Assembly: GCA_030704615.1 (NCBI GenBank)
Contig: CM060731.1
Coordinates: forward strand, 27,466,001 to 27,530,000
Direction of reading: 5' to 3'
DNA: 64,000 bases
Source: Takakia lepidozioides
Taxonomy: Eukaryota; Plantae; Bryophyta
The notes beneath the pieces were generated by a model that saw only the letters and a program-made list of their open reading frames with translations, was not told the origin of the DNA and did not search any database. Below, one piece after another: positions 12,366-25,000 of the stretch. Within the stretch, counting starts at the first letter, position 1. Each line of letters opens with the position of its first letter. The translations under genes were made by a program, and so were the position numbers.

Positions 12366-14978
12366 TCACATTGGAGCAGAACAATTGAGATGGGTGCCTT
12401 TCCTATGCAGGTTGGCATCATCTAATGACAAGCTTGAAGCAATCCACAGTTGAGAATTGGAGGACTCACTAGTGGTTTCTACACTGCTCTCAAGGTTGTA
12501 CAAAGCCTCAGTCCCAAGCGGGTTTTTTACAGAGAAGTGGACGAACAAGGGGGCAGGAGGAATGCTGACAAGACCTTCCAGCATTTGCACTACCCTTCCC
12601 ATGGATGGCCGGGACATAGCACCCTCCTGTATACACCAGAATGCTACCTCAATAACTCTTCGAAGTTCTTCATCATCCACAACTCCTCCTAATCTTGGGT
12701 CAACAAGCTCTCTCGACTTTCCCTCTGAGGCCTTTTGTAGCGCCAATGCAGGAAAGTTCCACTCCTCAGGACCCATGGTATAGTCAATGTTCATCCTGCC
12801 ACTCACGATTTCCAGAAGGACCATCCCGAAGGCATAGACATCACATTTTTCAGTCACTGCAGAATGTAGCAGCCACTCAGGCGCCAGGTAGCCCGGTGTT
12901 CCTCGCATTTTGGTGACAACCCGGCTCTGCCGTCTGTCCATAAGTTTGGACAGACCAAAGTCTGACACCTTGGCCGAAAAATCCTCATCCAGCAGAATGT
13001 TTTGCGGTTTGATGTCAAGGTGGATGATGCGGTGCTCACATTCTTCATGGAGGTAGGCAATTCCCCGTGCTGTGCCCAGTGCAATCTGAAATCGTGTTGA
13101 CCAACTCAGACAGTTGCGGGTCTTGCTGCCACTCTGCACTTCTTCAGTCTGGAAGAGCCACTCATCAAGGGATCCATTGGGCATGAATTCGTACACTAGC
13201 AGGCGGTGTGAACCCTCTGAACAGAAACCGCGTAGCCGGACAAGGTTGAGGTGATGGATGCTACCAACAGTAGCCACCTCAGCACGAAATTCCTTCTGGC
13301 CTTGTCCAAGTGCACTCTCCAGTTGCTTTACAGCCACCTTACTCCCATCGGGAAGGAGACCCAGATACACCGTCCCAAACCCTCCGTCGCCAAGCTTTTC
13401 GGTAAGTCCTCCTGTAGCAGCATGCAATTCTTTGAAAGAGAACCGTGGCGGAAGCCCAGGTAATGACTCGAAGAACAGAGTCTCTGCATCACCTGTCGAC
13501 TTTTTACGAGAAATCCTCCACCAAAACCCAAAGCCAAGAAGGCAGGCAATGAAAACTATGGGGGCTACGACGGAAACGGCAATCAAACTAAACCCCTTGA
13601 GGCCGATATGTTTCGGTTGCTGCTGCGTCCCATATCTCAAGTAGCCTGTGTAGTTCCCACTGACAGATCGCATGGTCTGCACCTGCTCATTGAAATAGCA
13701 CGATTGTGTGTCCGAGTGGTAGAAAAATGCCAAGCAGGAGCAGGTTTCCAAACATTGGCGTTGGCATTCCTCCTCTGATATAACCAGCGGCTCAGTGTAT
13801 AGGTTGGGAAAGTATGTCACTCCCTCAACCTGCAGGAAGGAGGATTTGTTGCACACCACAGGGTGGATAGGGCGGCAGCCCTCAGATGGGCTATTGGAGT
13901 CTATGAAATCAAAGTACCCCGACGTTGGGGACCCTGGACAGCTGCATTGTTTCTGACCTTTGCAAAGACTATAAGGTCCACAAGCACTGGGGAGCGAGCA
14001 GTCCGTGTCATCGAAGTAAAACTCTCCAAGCACCCAGCGAGAGTCATCAGACCATTGGTACAACTCGAAATTACCCTGAGGATTCAAATAGACGTACTGC
14101 ACTGCAGCTAGAGGAAAATCAGTATTGGTGTTGTAGGTTACATCCAGATTCCGGCTACAGAGGTCGGAGTCCAAGCTTTCAGATATCTGCGAAGTATCTT
14201 GGACAAGGTACAGAAGACTGGAGTTGAAGACCAGGTAGGTAGGATGCTTACAGGTATACATCACGTGTTTGATGTCATTCAATCCATAGTATGACCACAC
14301 ATAGTATGGTTCTGCAACCCCTCCGAATATCGCATACGCCACAAGTCCACCAGGCTCCAGCACGAGCGCGTACGAGCCCTCACTCGGATCGGTGTCGCTC
14401 TTGCTGCTCATATACCTCATTCTAGGCGTCAAGCTTTGGCCTAAAAGAAGCTTGTCTGTGGGAGAATCAAAACTCTGCCAAACTGTGTTATTGTGACTAT
14501 CATAAAGCCTCAAGTTTCCAGTCTTTTGCATGTCTATGCCGGCCACGGATCGGTTGGCTGTCTCGGAGGCCCACACCTGATGGCCATCCTGGGCAAAAAG
14601 CATCAGGTTGCCGTCCTCTCTGAGCTGTAGCCACGCCCCATCAGTCACAGGCTCATTTCTGTTCGCTGTCCACATTGATCCCCGCGCATACGGATTAACT
14701 GTGAAATTTTTCAGTGAAGAACTGTAATGAAAGATAGACAGGGCGAATGAACTGGGAGCGAACCTGAAAAAGCCAAACCCAAAATAGCCAGCAGGACCTA
14801 GAGAAACGTTCAATATGACACGGACCCCGTCCTGGACAGAAACCAAATTGTCGTTGTTGATCCATGTCACATTGGTTCCTGCATACTGGATACCTGAGAT
14901 AAAGGAGAGGGACTTAACGGAAATGAGAAGGAGAAAACAGAGTGCCCATGAAGATCTCTGCAGCTGCTGGTCTGTCAT
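12366..14978 (-). CDS. G-type (bulb) lectin S-receptor-like Ser/Thr kinase, SD-2 type, intronless, 870 aa
   Basis: Signal peptide, B-lectin (WTANRNEPV...LREDGNL...WQSFDSPTD), EGF-like and PAN Cys clusters, a transmembrane helix, then a kinase with GDGGFG, VAVK, HLDIKPQN (non-RD), DFG and GTPGYLAPEW. Confidence 0.97.
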   Translation of the reverse strand: MTDQQLQRSSWALCFLLLISVKSLSFISGIQYAGTNVTWINNDNLVSVQDGVRVILNVSLGPAGYFGFGFFRFAPSSFALSIFHYSSSLKNFTVNPYARGSMWTANRNEPVTDGAWLQLREDGNLMLFAQDGHQVWASETANRSVAGIDMQKTGNLRLYDSHNNTVWQSFDSPTDKLLLGQSLTPRMRYMSSKSDTDPSEGSYALVLEPGGLVAYAIFGGVAEPYYVWSYYGLNDIKHVMYTCKHPTYLVFNSSLLYLVQDTSQISESLDSDLCSRNLDVTYNTNTDFPLAAVQYVYLNPQGNFELYQWSDDSRWVLGEFYFDDTDCSLPSACGPYSLCKGQKQCSCPGSPTSGYFDFIDSNSPSEGCRPIHPVVCNKSSFLQVEGVTYFPNLYTEPLVISEEECQRQCLETCSCLAFFYHSDTQSCYFNEQVQTMRSVSGNYTGYLRYGTQQQPKHIGLKGFSLIAVSVVAPIVFIACLLGFGFWWRISRKKSTGDAETLFFESLPGLPPRFSFKELHAATGGLTEKLGDGGFGTVYLGLLPDGSKVAVKQLESALGQGQKEFRAEVATVGSIHHLNLVRLRGFCSEGSHRLLVYEFMPNGSLDEWLFQTEEVQSGSKTRNCLSWSTRFQIALGTARGIAYLHEECEHRIIHLDIKPQNILLDEDFSAKVSDFGLSKLMDRRQSRVVTKMRGTPGYLAPEWLLHSAVTEKCDVYAFGMVLLEIVSGRMNIDYTMGPEEWNFPALALQKASEGKSRELVDPRLGGVVDDEELRRVIEVAFWCIQEGAMSRPSMGRVVQMLEGLVSIPPAPLFVHFSVKNPLGTEALYNLESSVETTSESSNSQLWIASSLSLDDANLHRKGTHLNCSAPM

Positions 14979-17886
14979 CCCTTTGCATGTGTGAAATCTG
15001 CCGCAACCATAAAGGAAAGGTGTACAAGGTAGAGCTGGTACTTCACGAGGAATTCCGATCGACAGTGGTGATGGTAATGCTCTCGATGGATGAAGGGAAC
15101 AGCCCTACGTAGAGAGAGACACCATGAAATAGAGAGAGGCGATTCCTTCACGTATCCCTTGTGAGTTCCGAAATTATGGTCTGTCCCAGGAAAAGACATC
15201 GCTGTTGGTCATATTATGAAAAGCTTCCCTTGCCTGCGTGATATATCACCCACACTTTGCATACATCTTAAGGAGGGCATTCCCTATGTACACACACATA
15301 TTGCAAACATGTGTGATGTACATATGAATTTCTTTGCCCCATTTAATTTCAAAGCTGCTGGACTGGCAAATGCCTTCAGGATGCTCACGAAAGTAGCGTC
15401 ATTGGCTGCACACCTTCTTGGCGCATTTAACTGAAAACTTCTAAGGACCATGTATTGCTGCAGGTATAAAAATCATGTAGCTCCTCCCTTGGTATCTCTT
15501 GGAAGCGAGAAAGGTAGACTACCTCGTAATTCTGATTCAGCACTCCAAAACTGAACACTTTTTATTTTTTGAAGAAGAAACTCAAAGAGGGAGTGGGAGA
15601 GGGAGACAGTCAGACAGACGAGGAAGGGGGTGGATATGGATCACATGTCTAGCTAAGAGCTTCATGATCGACCAGTATAGAACCTAACATAAGTAGACCT
15701 CATCTCCGTTCGGAGAGAAGTACACTAATGGCCAAAACAATCATTGTACAACTCAAATTGAGAGTGAACAAAGTCTGCAGCCGTCTGCAACTGAATAACT
15801 TCTTCTACTCATAATTCACCTCGAGGAGACCGAAAGAAATTAGTCAACACACCCAGGAGGGTAGATGCTTTCGCTTCAGGAGACACTATAGTGATCGTCG
15901 GGGGAAAAGCTCGCAGACAGAGCAGATTGTTTGAATCCACAAGAGGGAGTCAGAGCAGCCGAGGCGAGAGAGACGGAGTGATCAGTACGAGGATCGCGAC
16001 AAGGCAGCGTCGCAGGCGTTGATACAACCGCCCGTCGGGCCGGCGACCGGCATTTTTCCAGTTTTATTTCCACATTTTTAAGAACAATGCATTTTCTCAA
16101 ATGCCACGTGCTCCCAATCGCTTGCCTTCGTCAGATTGAATGCATGGATTTCACGTTGAATGTTTGTAATTATTGGGTTTTCGCTTCTTTGGAATGTTTT
16201 GTTTTTCATATTTCCAAAATCGCTGGCGGGGCCAGCTGTGAAATCTACCCAGTGCCCATGTGGCGAGAACCCCCTATAATCCCGTGGAAAGGGTGCCTAT
16301 AAGCACGCATGGAACCATTGCTGTTGGCAATCCCTGGGAGATTGGGCCTGTGGGCGCCCAAAGTAGAGTAGGTTTGCAATGCCGTGGTAAGTGCAAAAAA
16401 TTGTACGTAGTAGCTACCTATATATGTGAACTCACTTTTACTGAGGGAGCAAGCCTCGACCGCATCGCCCCGCGCTGGCCTCACCCGCGCTGCCGTCGCA
16501 GTGCGTCCACGCCACATGGCCGGGTTGTCACTACGTAACCGGTTTTGGTGTCTGTTTTAGAGGCCCGTTCCTGTACGTTAACGGCAGGGCACAAACTGCC
16601 AAGCCCTTGGCTGAGAAAATGGCGAAAACTTCAATTCTAATAGAGAACACGGTCCTACTGGAATTGCCACATGAGCATTTTAGGACTCCACGCGGACAGT
16701 GAGTTTTCCATTGAAAGCCCATGTCGTAAAGAGTGCGCAGATTGAATCCGCAAATTATAGTCCAATGGCTGATCACCACCACATTTAGGCGCTGTATAAA
16801 GTTGCAAATTAGGTTTTTAAGAGAAGATCTTTGGTGTTATCAGATTTTGGCCCCCGCGTGTGTCGTGTCCTATCCTTCACATAGGCACTCCACTATTTGA
16901 AAGTGTACTAATTCCCCCCTAGAAAAATTTAATCCCAGCCCTTCCAATGCTGCGGATATTTTTGACCTCGCATTTTTTTTATTTTTTTTATTTTTTATAA
17001 ATTAAACGTTGTGATTCCCTCTTGGGCATGCACAGGAGTGCAGTTTGTTTTATAAAAATTATTCATGCTGTGTGAATAAATGATTATTTATCTACTTATT
17101 TCAGATTAAGAGGGCTTGGCCTGAAATTGCATTGGAAACGAGGAAAAATAAGCCTGAAGAAGCTTTTACAAGGGAGGAGGCAACTGTAGTAAAAACAAGG
17201 GCAGCTGATTAACCAACTGTCTAACTAAGACTCCATGATTTGCATTATTTTAAATAAGTGAGAACGGTTGAGTAAGTGCCATGAGACAACTTGTTCCATT
17301 CCACTATTGTCAGTAAAATCTAAGTTCATTTTGTTCAAGCTGTTTGTCAGTAAAGTTCGTGTGCCAAGCGGAGAATCCAAAGTTATTTGGGTCGGTGGAT
17401 AAACCAGATTTAGCTTTTGTAATTCAGAGCAACATAGGGGAGACAAGGGCTCATTTGTCACTGCACCGAGGCTCACTCGTAGCTGGCCAGGGAGCATTCC
17501 CCGAGCATTCCCCTTCAGTGGCAACACTCCGGAATCCCCCTCTTCGGCCTCTCCGGAATTTGACAGATCCGGAAACATTCTCTGTATCGAAATAATTCTC
17601 AGTATGAAGGGATTCAGAGGGATACTTGATACTGTTCAGAAAGTGTATGTAGGATTCACTGCTTTCTGGCTGTCCTCATTCTTACTTTTTCAATTCCCGG
17701 TTTATAGCGAGTGGTCCGGGAAGTCTGTCTTAAAGCTCGGCCATGGCTGGTGACCGGGTGCTACCGGATCAATCTTGACTTAAGCCTCATGTCCTCGGTC
17801 ATAATTTTTTCCATGACTCATTCATGTGATTGCAGGGCCATTCCCCCCTTTAGAGTTTTTGCTGTCGAATTATTAAATCTCGTATT

Positions 17887-17997
17887 AGGTGAAGTCCTGG
17901 GCTTTACGCGATTCAAGATTCCATAGCCCCGGAGGGTGGTAGCCCGAGGGCGTGGGAATCTTGAATCGCGTAAAGCCCGAGTTCCAGGACTTTACCT
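17887..17997. repeat. long inverted repeat / hairpin (24-bp perfect stem plus a 14-bp outer stem)
   Basis: GGGCTTTACGCGATTCAAGATTCC (17899-17922) is the exact reverse complement of 17955-17978. AGGTGAAGTCCTGG pairs with CCAGGACTTTACCT. Confidence 0.9.
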
Positions 17998-18366
17998 CAC
18001 ATAAAAACTGAATACGTAGCCAGAATTACAAGGTCCAGAATTACTGGTCTTTTTATGCGTAATCTCAGATTACGGGCCCAAGCCCATGGGCTCAATGGCC
18101 TAACAGGGTAAACGGGAATTATGCTTTTTAAGCCCCACAATATACACTAGGATTTTCCAATGAGGTTTTTACGTATGGAAAATCGTGTTTTCATTCAATG
18201 AGAGCATGAGTTGAAATAGACATTCAACAAATTGTAGTTTGTGTCATGAAAATCCAATCTGAATACATATGATACTCTCTTGACTCGAGACTATCCGGCC
18301 AGAAATAAAACCTAGTATCTGTTATGATATTTATAGACATTGATCATGTCTTTTTATAAGGGTCCC

Positions 18367-18471
18367 TTTTGGAGAAAATCTCGAATTTTACACCCATAAT
18401 TCCTTTGTACAAGTGGCTGACCGAGTTTCCATGTCGAAATCTGGCGATTTTTCGCCAGAAAAAAAAACACT
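18367..18471. repeat. dispersed repeat (MITE-like fragment), copy 1
   Basis: ATAATTCCTTTGTACAAGTGGCTGACCGAGTTTCCATGTCGAAATCTGGCGA closely matches the sequence at 30203-30290. Confidence 0.7.
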
Positions 18472-19544
18472 TAATTAGGGGAAGAGTCCCTTGAGAGCTT
18501 TATTGTATATTATTGAAGGGAAAAAATTAATACCCCTTACATGCCCGGCCTTGACACACAGGAAGCTGTGTAGGAGATACCAAGGGAACAGAAACGAGGA
18601 GACTAGAAACCTGCTGGGCCGGAGAGAGCCAGAGAAGGACTGTTATTGCGAGAAAGAAACCCTACTTAGACTAGGAGGACTTAGCGAGGTCAGCGCAGGA
18701 GGGGGGAGAGTTCCGAGGGCAGCTACTGTACTATTAAGTAGAGCACCATCTATCTATGGAAATGTAGTCTAAGTGTATCTGCGCAGACAGCAGGTGGAGA
18801 ATCTCTTCTCTTTTTCCTGTAATATTTTAGAGAAGGCCCCAGAGAGGCCAAATATATGAATCTCTTTTGCAAAACAGTGTAAATGATCAATTTGTTAAAA
18901 GAATATAATTACTGAATGTATTTGAGATGAAATTTTTTAGTAGAGTCCCTTCAAGGTCTTTCTATGAAGTTTAGAATTTAAGTCGTATTTAGGGTGTCCG
19001 TTATTCCTGCAACCTTGACCCAAGTCTTTGATGCGGAGTGCAACTTGTCTGAAAGAAGATACACTTAAGTTAGAGTGTAGCTGACTTTGTTTTTACCAAG
19101 ATTATGTCAGAAAGTAACCACGCTAGAGAGCTCCAAGCTGACTACTAAAACTGGCATGGACTAAGATGCTGCAAAGACCAACACACTACAACCAAGACTT
19201 CCCTTTTCAGTTGTGGAGCCTCTATGGACTAGGTATTCCGCCTGTTCGGTAGTACCATGTGCTAGGCTTGTCTTGATGGATATCTAGTCCATATAACTAT
19301 CCCTTCTCCCAAAGAACCACCAGTTGTTTGAAACATCTGGAGTATCTGTCATGTAACGATGGCTCACCGGACGGATGCTGGTTGCTGAATGATTTGCCAC
19401 TGACTCACCTACCTACCTACCAGGCAAGCCACAGTTCCCATTCGACACATAAACTGAGGCTTATTAACATTTTGACTCAACTCTACAATACTCCATAAAT
19501 AGCCTCATCCAAAAAGGTATCTTGGTACAATGGTATTGTTTATA

Positions 19545-19944
19545 CCGTCCCTTATCAACCGTTTAGGCATTTTTGTGCCTAATAATTATTAAAAACCAAA
19601 CAAGTCGATTAGGCACATTTCTCAGAAGATATGAAATATTCTGTTGCAAATTCCCTGTTTTTTCATGGATGAAATAGTCAAATTTCTCCAAATGAAAAAT
19701 AAATTATGGATGATATAAATGGATTTATGTATGGACATGGATGATTCTTTCCTAATTTCAATGGATGAACAGAATGTATGGCTTTTTTTTTGCCAAACTC
19801 TGTAGCCACTCACGCTTTTTGTCAGATTCCAGAAAAATAACACTGGTTTCCTTGCAATTAGGCCAAATTTTGTAAAATTCCCCAAAATGCGTTAGGCACT
19901 TTCAATTTGAATTAATTATCGCCTAAACGGTTGATAAGGGACTG
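19545..19944. mobile_element. Tc1/mariner-type MITE (400 bp)
   Basis: 24-bp TIR C(C/A)GTCCCTTATCAACCGTTTAGGC at both ends, flanked by TA (19543-19544 and 19945-19946); AT-rich non-coding interior. Confidence 0.88.
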
Positions 19945-20475
19945 TAGGTATTATTTTCCCCAGATAACTTGTTTCAAAATATTGGACCAGCTACAGTTGG
20001 TCATCCATCACTCGTTGGATGATCAGTTAGAACATGTCATCCAAAGCGTGATAAATATGCGCCAAAAATTCGTTATGACCCAACCTTGTATATACACACT
20101 TGAGATGTTTTTCATCTTGCATCATCCATGTCCAAATGCTGGTTGGTAATGATACATGCTTGTGCTATGGCGAAACAAAATATGCTAAACATGAGAAAAT
20201 TTGCAAACCTGTAAAATCTCTCCTCACATGAGCACCAAATCACTGATTCAATACTAAGGGTGCGAAACACTTTCAAATATTTCTTCCGTCAGCACATAGA
20301 AACAACAAGATTAAACAGCTTTAGTACTAACTTCTTTGTATGAGATTCCCTTGTATAAAAGAATACAAGAAAGAATTTTGCTTGCGAAACTCTTCCATAA
20401 ACTAGTAAAGAATAGCCAAAAATATTCCTTTTTATTTACCGTGCCCTTAAAAGGAAGAATACATCTGGTAAATTC

Positions 20476-20968
20476 CAGTGTAGGTGAAGGATTGGTATAA
20501 AGTACTGGTATATGCTCTGGTATTAGATACCAGACCAGTCTGGTATCGTTTGGGAGAATACTTGTCATATACCAGACCAGGCTGGTATCAGTTTTTTCAT
20601 ACCAGCCACAATACCAGTACTCCCCCGCGGTCTACCTCATTTACTCTGGTATGTGTACCATATTAATTTATGTGTACCTTTGCCTACATATTTGTATTTA
20701 TGTATATTTACTTCTAAAGCCATCTTGAATTACAAGTTTATCAAATAGCAAGTATCAAGTGAAAATAAATATAATACACATAAAGGATGATACCAGAGTT
20801 GATATCTCATACCAGCTGGTATTGTGGTCATGATACTCATACTCATACCAGTATCTGGAAAAATATACATCCACCATTATATAGACCAGACTGGTATGAT
20901 AACTTTGTGATACGTCTGGTACCAGGACCAGTCTGGTATGTAAAAAACTTGATACCACTCCACCACTG
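20476..20968. mobile_element. hAT-type MITE (493 bp)
   Basis: Ends CAGTG...CACTG with a perfect 8-bp TSD GTAAATTC (20468-20475 and 20969-20976). Many subterminal ATACCAG/CTGGTAT motifs occur in both orientations. Confidence 0.88.
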
Positions 20969-22072
20969 GTAAATTCCATCAGCCTCTTTCCAAGGGTCCT
21001 GTGGGATGTATCCGTCATAATTCTTTTACTTCCAACGCTCGCTGAAAATGTATTTGCCCTGCAAAACCGGAAAGATTTGACAAATTTTTAATCGGGGAAA
21101 CGCATTTATCTCAAAATGGCGTTTCTTTTTATGCAGGCCTTCCACACGACGATTTGGGGCCCTATACAAATAGCTATGAATTCTTCAAAGAAGTTTGATT
21201 CTTTGCATGAGATCCAGAACCATTCAAAAAAAGGAGGAGTTACATGGGCAAATTTGGTGTGGTTCAATTTAATTGACTTTCATGCCTTGTTCCAGTTTAG
21301 CAGTGTGTTCCTAGTTCTGACAGAGCTCTATTCTCAGTAACTGACCCTAAATTACGCTGAAGCCCTATGACTCCTTCCGTATGTCCATGCCAAGGTTCAT
21401 AACCGTATACCCGTGAATTGCACTCAAGTAACTTTTTCCTGCTCATGTCAGCATTGCTCACACTAGCTCTCAAGCAATACCTACATGCAGCATCAGCACA
21501 GCTGGCCGGCTGTTTTCCTGGCTGGTGACCACCAATCATCCTCCACACCAATATACATTGACAAAGCAGAAAGTGGAAACTCCCAAGTCTTTGAGCAAGG
21601 TAATGCATAGAACCTGCAAGCACCCAAACATGGTGCAGCTATACCATGCAATTTTAGCATAGTCCATCAGGTCACTCGAACCCACTCTTTGCAACAGATG
21701 TAAAGACCTGCTGGATTACTTCCAATGTATTCTACTGCGACTTCATGAGCTTGAATACCCTGTATGTGGTCGGAGAGTGGAATTTGGGGGGTGGGAGCAT
21801 GGATCCTTTGGTTCCATGGGTAGAAGCAACATGTTCTGGTCCATTCAATGAGATATCATCTAGGGTTCCTGGTCTTTGCAGTGTAGACACTATCCTACAT
21901 GCACAGTTCTGCCATTTCATTGGATTCCCATGTGATAAGAGGGCTCCAATCAAACCAACTCCTAATGTTAAGGGAGAACAAAAAATACTGTGCTCAAAAC
22001 AATGCACTTAAGGAAAGAATACCATGATAATCAAGGCAACAGTCCAAAGAATTGTGTGACTCCCTTCGTTTA

Positions 22073-25000
22073 TCAAAGTCGGGCAGTGTTTGACATCGTG
22101 AGTGAGAAGCACTTGAGAATGAAGCTGTTAACAAACGCAAAGTCCTTCAGCTTATCGAACCTGGCACCCGAGATAACACACGCACAGATATGAGCTGATG
22201 AAATGAACAGACATCAGCTGTTGGGTATGACTCCTCATACAGGCGAATTTGGAGCCATAGTGTGTAATCATTGTAGTCAAGATGGCACAATAGTACAAGT
22301 TCACAATGTTCAGCAGCAGTTCCAAAATGTAGGCCACCCGTAAGGTCTGGGCGAACCCACTAACATGTCACACCGCCCTTACAGTATGGCTTCAACTTCA
22401 TTCCTCAACACGGTGAATCGTCTGGCGCAGCAATAACCTAAGCTGATCATGTAATATTGGTTTAAGGGATCTACATGACTGACACACTTACAGTGATTCA
22501 ACCAGCTGCATCTACAAAGACAACAATTGATGCAAGATTGATAATGAATATTTAGGTTGTGTGTCTCTCCACCAGGTTTCTGAAAGACCTGTCAATCTTC
22601 ATTATCCTATGTGAGTGAGGTAAAGACAACCAACAGAATTGTACAACAGGCTCCTAGCCAATGAGCCTGCGTGTTCATTCCTAGTAGGATTTAGGTGGAC
22701 TGACTGACACAAGCACATGAGGAAGAACGGACACCATGGTACCAGGCCTAGTAGCTAGAAAGAAATGGGCAAGGACAATTGCCTTTTCAGAACAATACTG
22801 AAGGGAAGGAAAGGCAGCACTCCACCTTCCAGACTTGGAGAAATGTCCAGCACCCATATCACATTTCAAAAGAAGTAAGTTGTTGTCAGTCTTCTTCTCT
22901 CGCAGCTTAGCAACAAACTTTGCAGGCTCCCAATAGGCCACACGTGGATCTGAGAGGGGGATTACACAAAAAGAAGTTTAGTAAAGAGTATGCACACATA
23001 GAGCCAAGCGATCTTTGAGTGATAAGATGTGTTTGTCAGAGTGATTCACTTTCCTGTCATTGCATTGAGACCATCAGCCACATTATCTCTGAGCACTTCT
23101 GACCCACTGTACATCCATCACTTAGTGGCTTATGCACCGCCTGGTAATCATACTTTAAGGTAAGACTGAAATGATTTGAAGCGTGCAGTTGACAATCATA
23201 TGACAGTGTATACAGCGATCCATCAATTCAAGAAGCATGCATAGACAATATGTACGGTTCAAACATAAACATTAACACGATTGCGTAAGTTCAGTGGCTA
23301 GCAGATGGTCTGGGTGTATCTGCATGTGGGTGGTTGCATACATGGAAGAGAGGAAGAGATAGAGAACCAACCATGAAGACCTCCAGTCAGCAAAACATTT
23401 GGATACTCCTGTGCTTTTATCTTCAGAGACAACACAGAACAACAGCTTGAATTAGAAGCAACTTTCATAACGCAGTATAGACAACCAGCAGCAATGAAAT
23501 TGAACTCAGGTGCATGCAGCGTGGATTCTGTAGTGACAAGATGGATGTCTTCGCCCTATGGGAATGGGGCCCCATGGCTATGCAAGGTCTTTCTCAAAAC
23601 CAAGTACCCTTGTTCCGCTCTTCAGCCTAGTGCCAATCTAGGAAAGCCCTTGAGCTAGTCCTCAAGTAGGTTGTGTGTATCTAAGACCATGCAAAGCTTG
23701 GCAAGAGTTTGCGCGAGCCTCACTTTTGAGCAACATACCTCCATATCAATATAAAATGCCGCCTTGGTACTTCTCTAGAAGGTCAGCCATCAAGGATATG
23801 AAAACTCACTGAACCTCTTCTGCCATGATTTGGCCTGGGTACCTGAGCTGGCCTACCACCCCCCTCACCTTACTTTCCAAGATCAAGGTGCGAACTCTGA
23901 ATCCCAGTCCAACGGCCACACTAGCAATCCAGAGGAAGCTACTATATTATCGTAAGGTGTCCCTCTGCTTGGAATTGACCTGCCCTGAAGCTGACGTATA
24001 TTCCAAGGGTTGTCTAAGGAGCAAGAGTGTCAGGGATGCCATCAGCTCCAAGTCCGTCTCTGCAAATGTGCAGAGTGCTACTATCTCTCTCCTGCCTGTT
24101 TTGACAACATTTCAATGTGACCCTCTCAACTGCAATTGTGGGCAAGGGAGAAAAGAAAGCACAGAAAGGGAGATACAACATACATTGTCAATGGGCGAGT
24201 AGGATTTTATGTATTGGTAAAAGTCCTCTTTGTGGGGATTGCCCCATTCCTGCAGGCAGAGAGAAAGAAGATGTTCTCATTAGATTTTGCTTGTCACGGC
24301 CTTGTTGCAATAGAACTCACTCATTTTTGATAGGGACAGACAGAAGAGTAGAACGCAAGGCAAATTCTACCAGTGTGGAAGGCAGTGACACTTGCGTAAA
24401 AACAAGAAGATTCTAGTCTTCCAGATTTTCTCCGAGAAGACCGCACAGATAGGAGCACACTAATGTGAACATCAGAAATCAACCCAAGGGCTCTTCGATA
24501 GAGGCCCACTTGACTCACTAGACTTTGCTTGCTGAGCCTTGTAGCCTTAAGTACCACATCCCACCCAGGCAAAGCAAATGAAAACAAAAACTGTGTTGCC
24601 ACTATCAACTCCTTATTCTAATAATGCTTTGGAATCTGAAGCCGGTGTTAAAAACAACGCTTGCCTGTCAAAAGCTTCTGTCAGTTGCCAGACAAAATAT
24701 TCCCAGTGCCATAACAAGAATTCTACATTAACACCACCTGAACAACTCATGCATGAATGAAATGACTACTTCCTTCCCTACATAGGAGGTGAACCAATTT
24801 CTATAACTTCTTTGTCACAAACTTAGAAAAAGAAAATTCAAGTACCTCCCACTCGAGCGTCGTCAGTGGAATTGAAGAATCAAGCATCGTTGTCACCACA
24901 TCAACAAACGCCACCTCAGCAATGGCTACTGTGAATAAGTCAGGTCTCATGGTCAAAGCTGCACCAATCAATAGGCCACCAGCACTACGCCCAGAGATCG

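Noticed and set aside
18480-19100. Possible solo LTR or LTR fragment (contains CCTTGACA like the gypsy LTR end)
   Set aside because: No paired TG...CA boundaries, TSD or extended similarity could be established.
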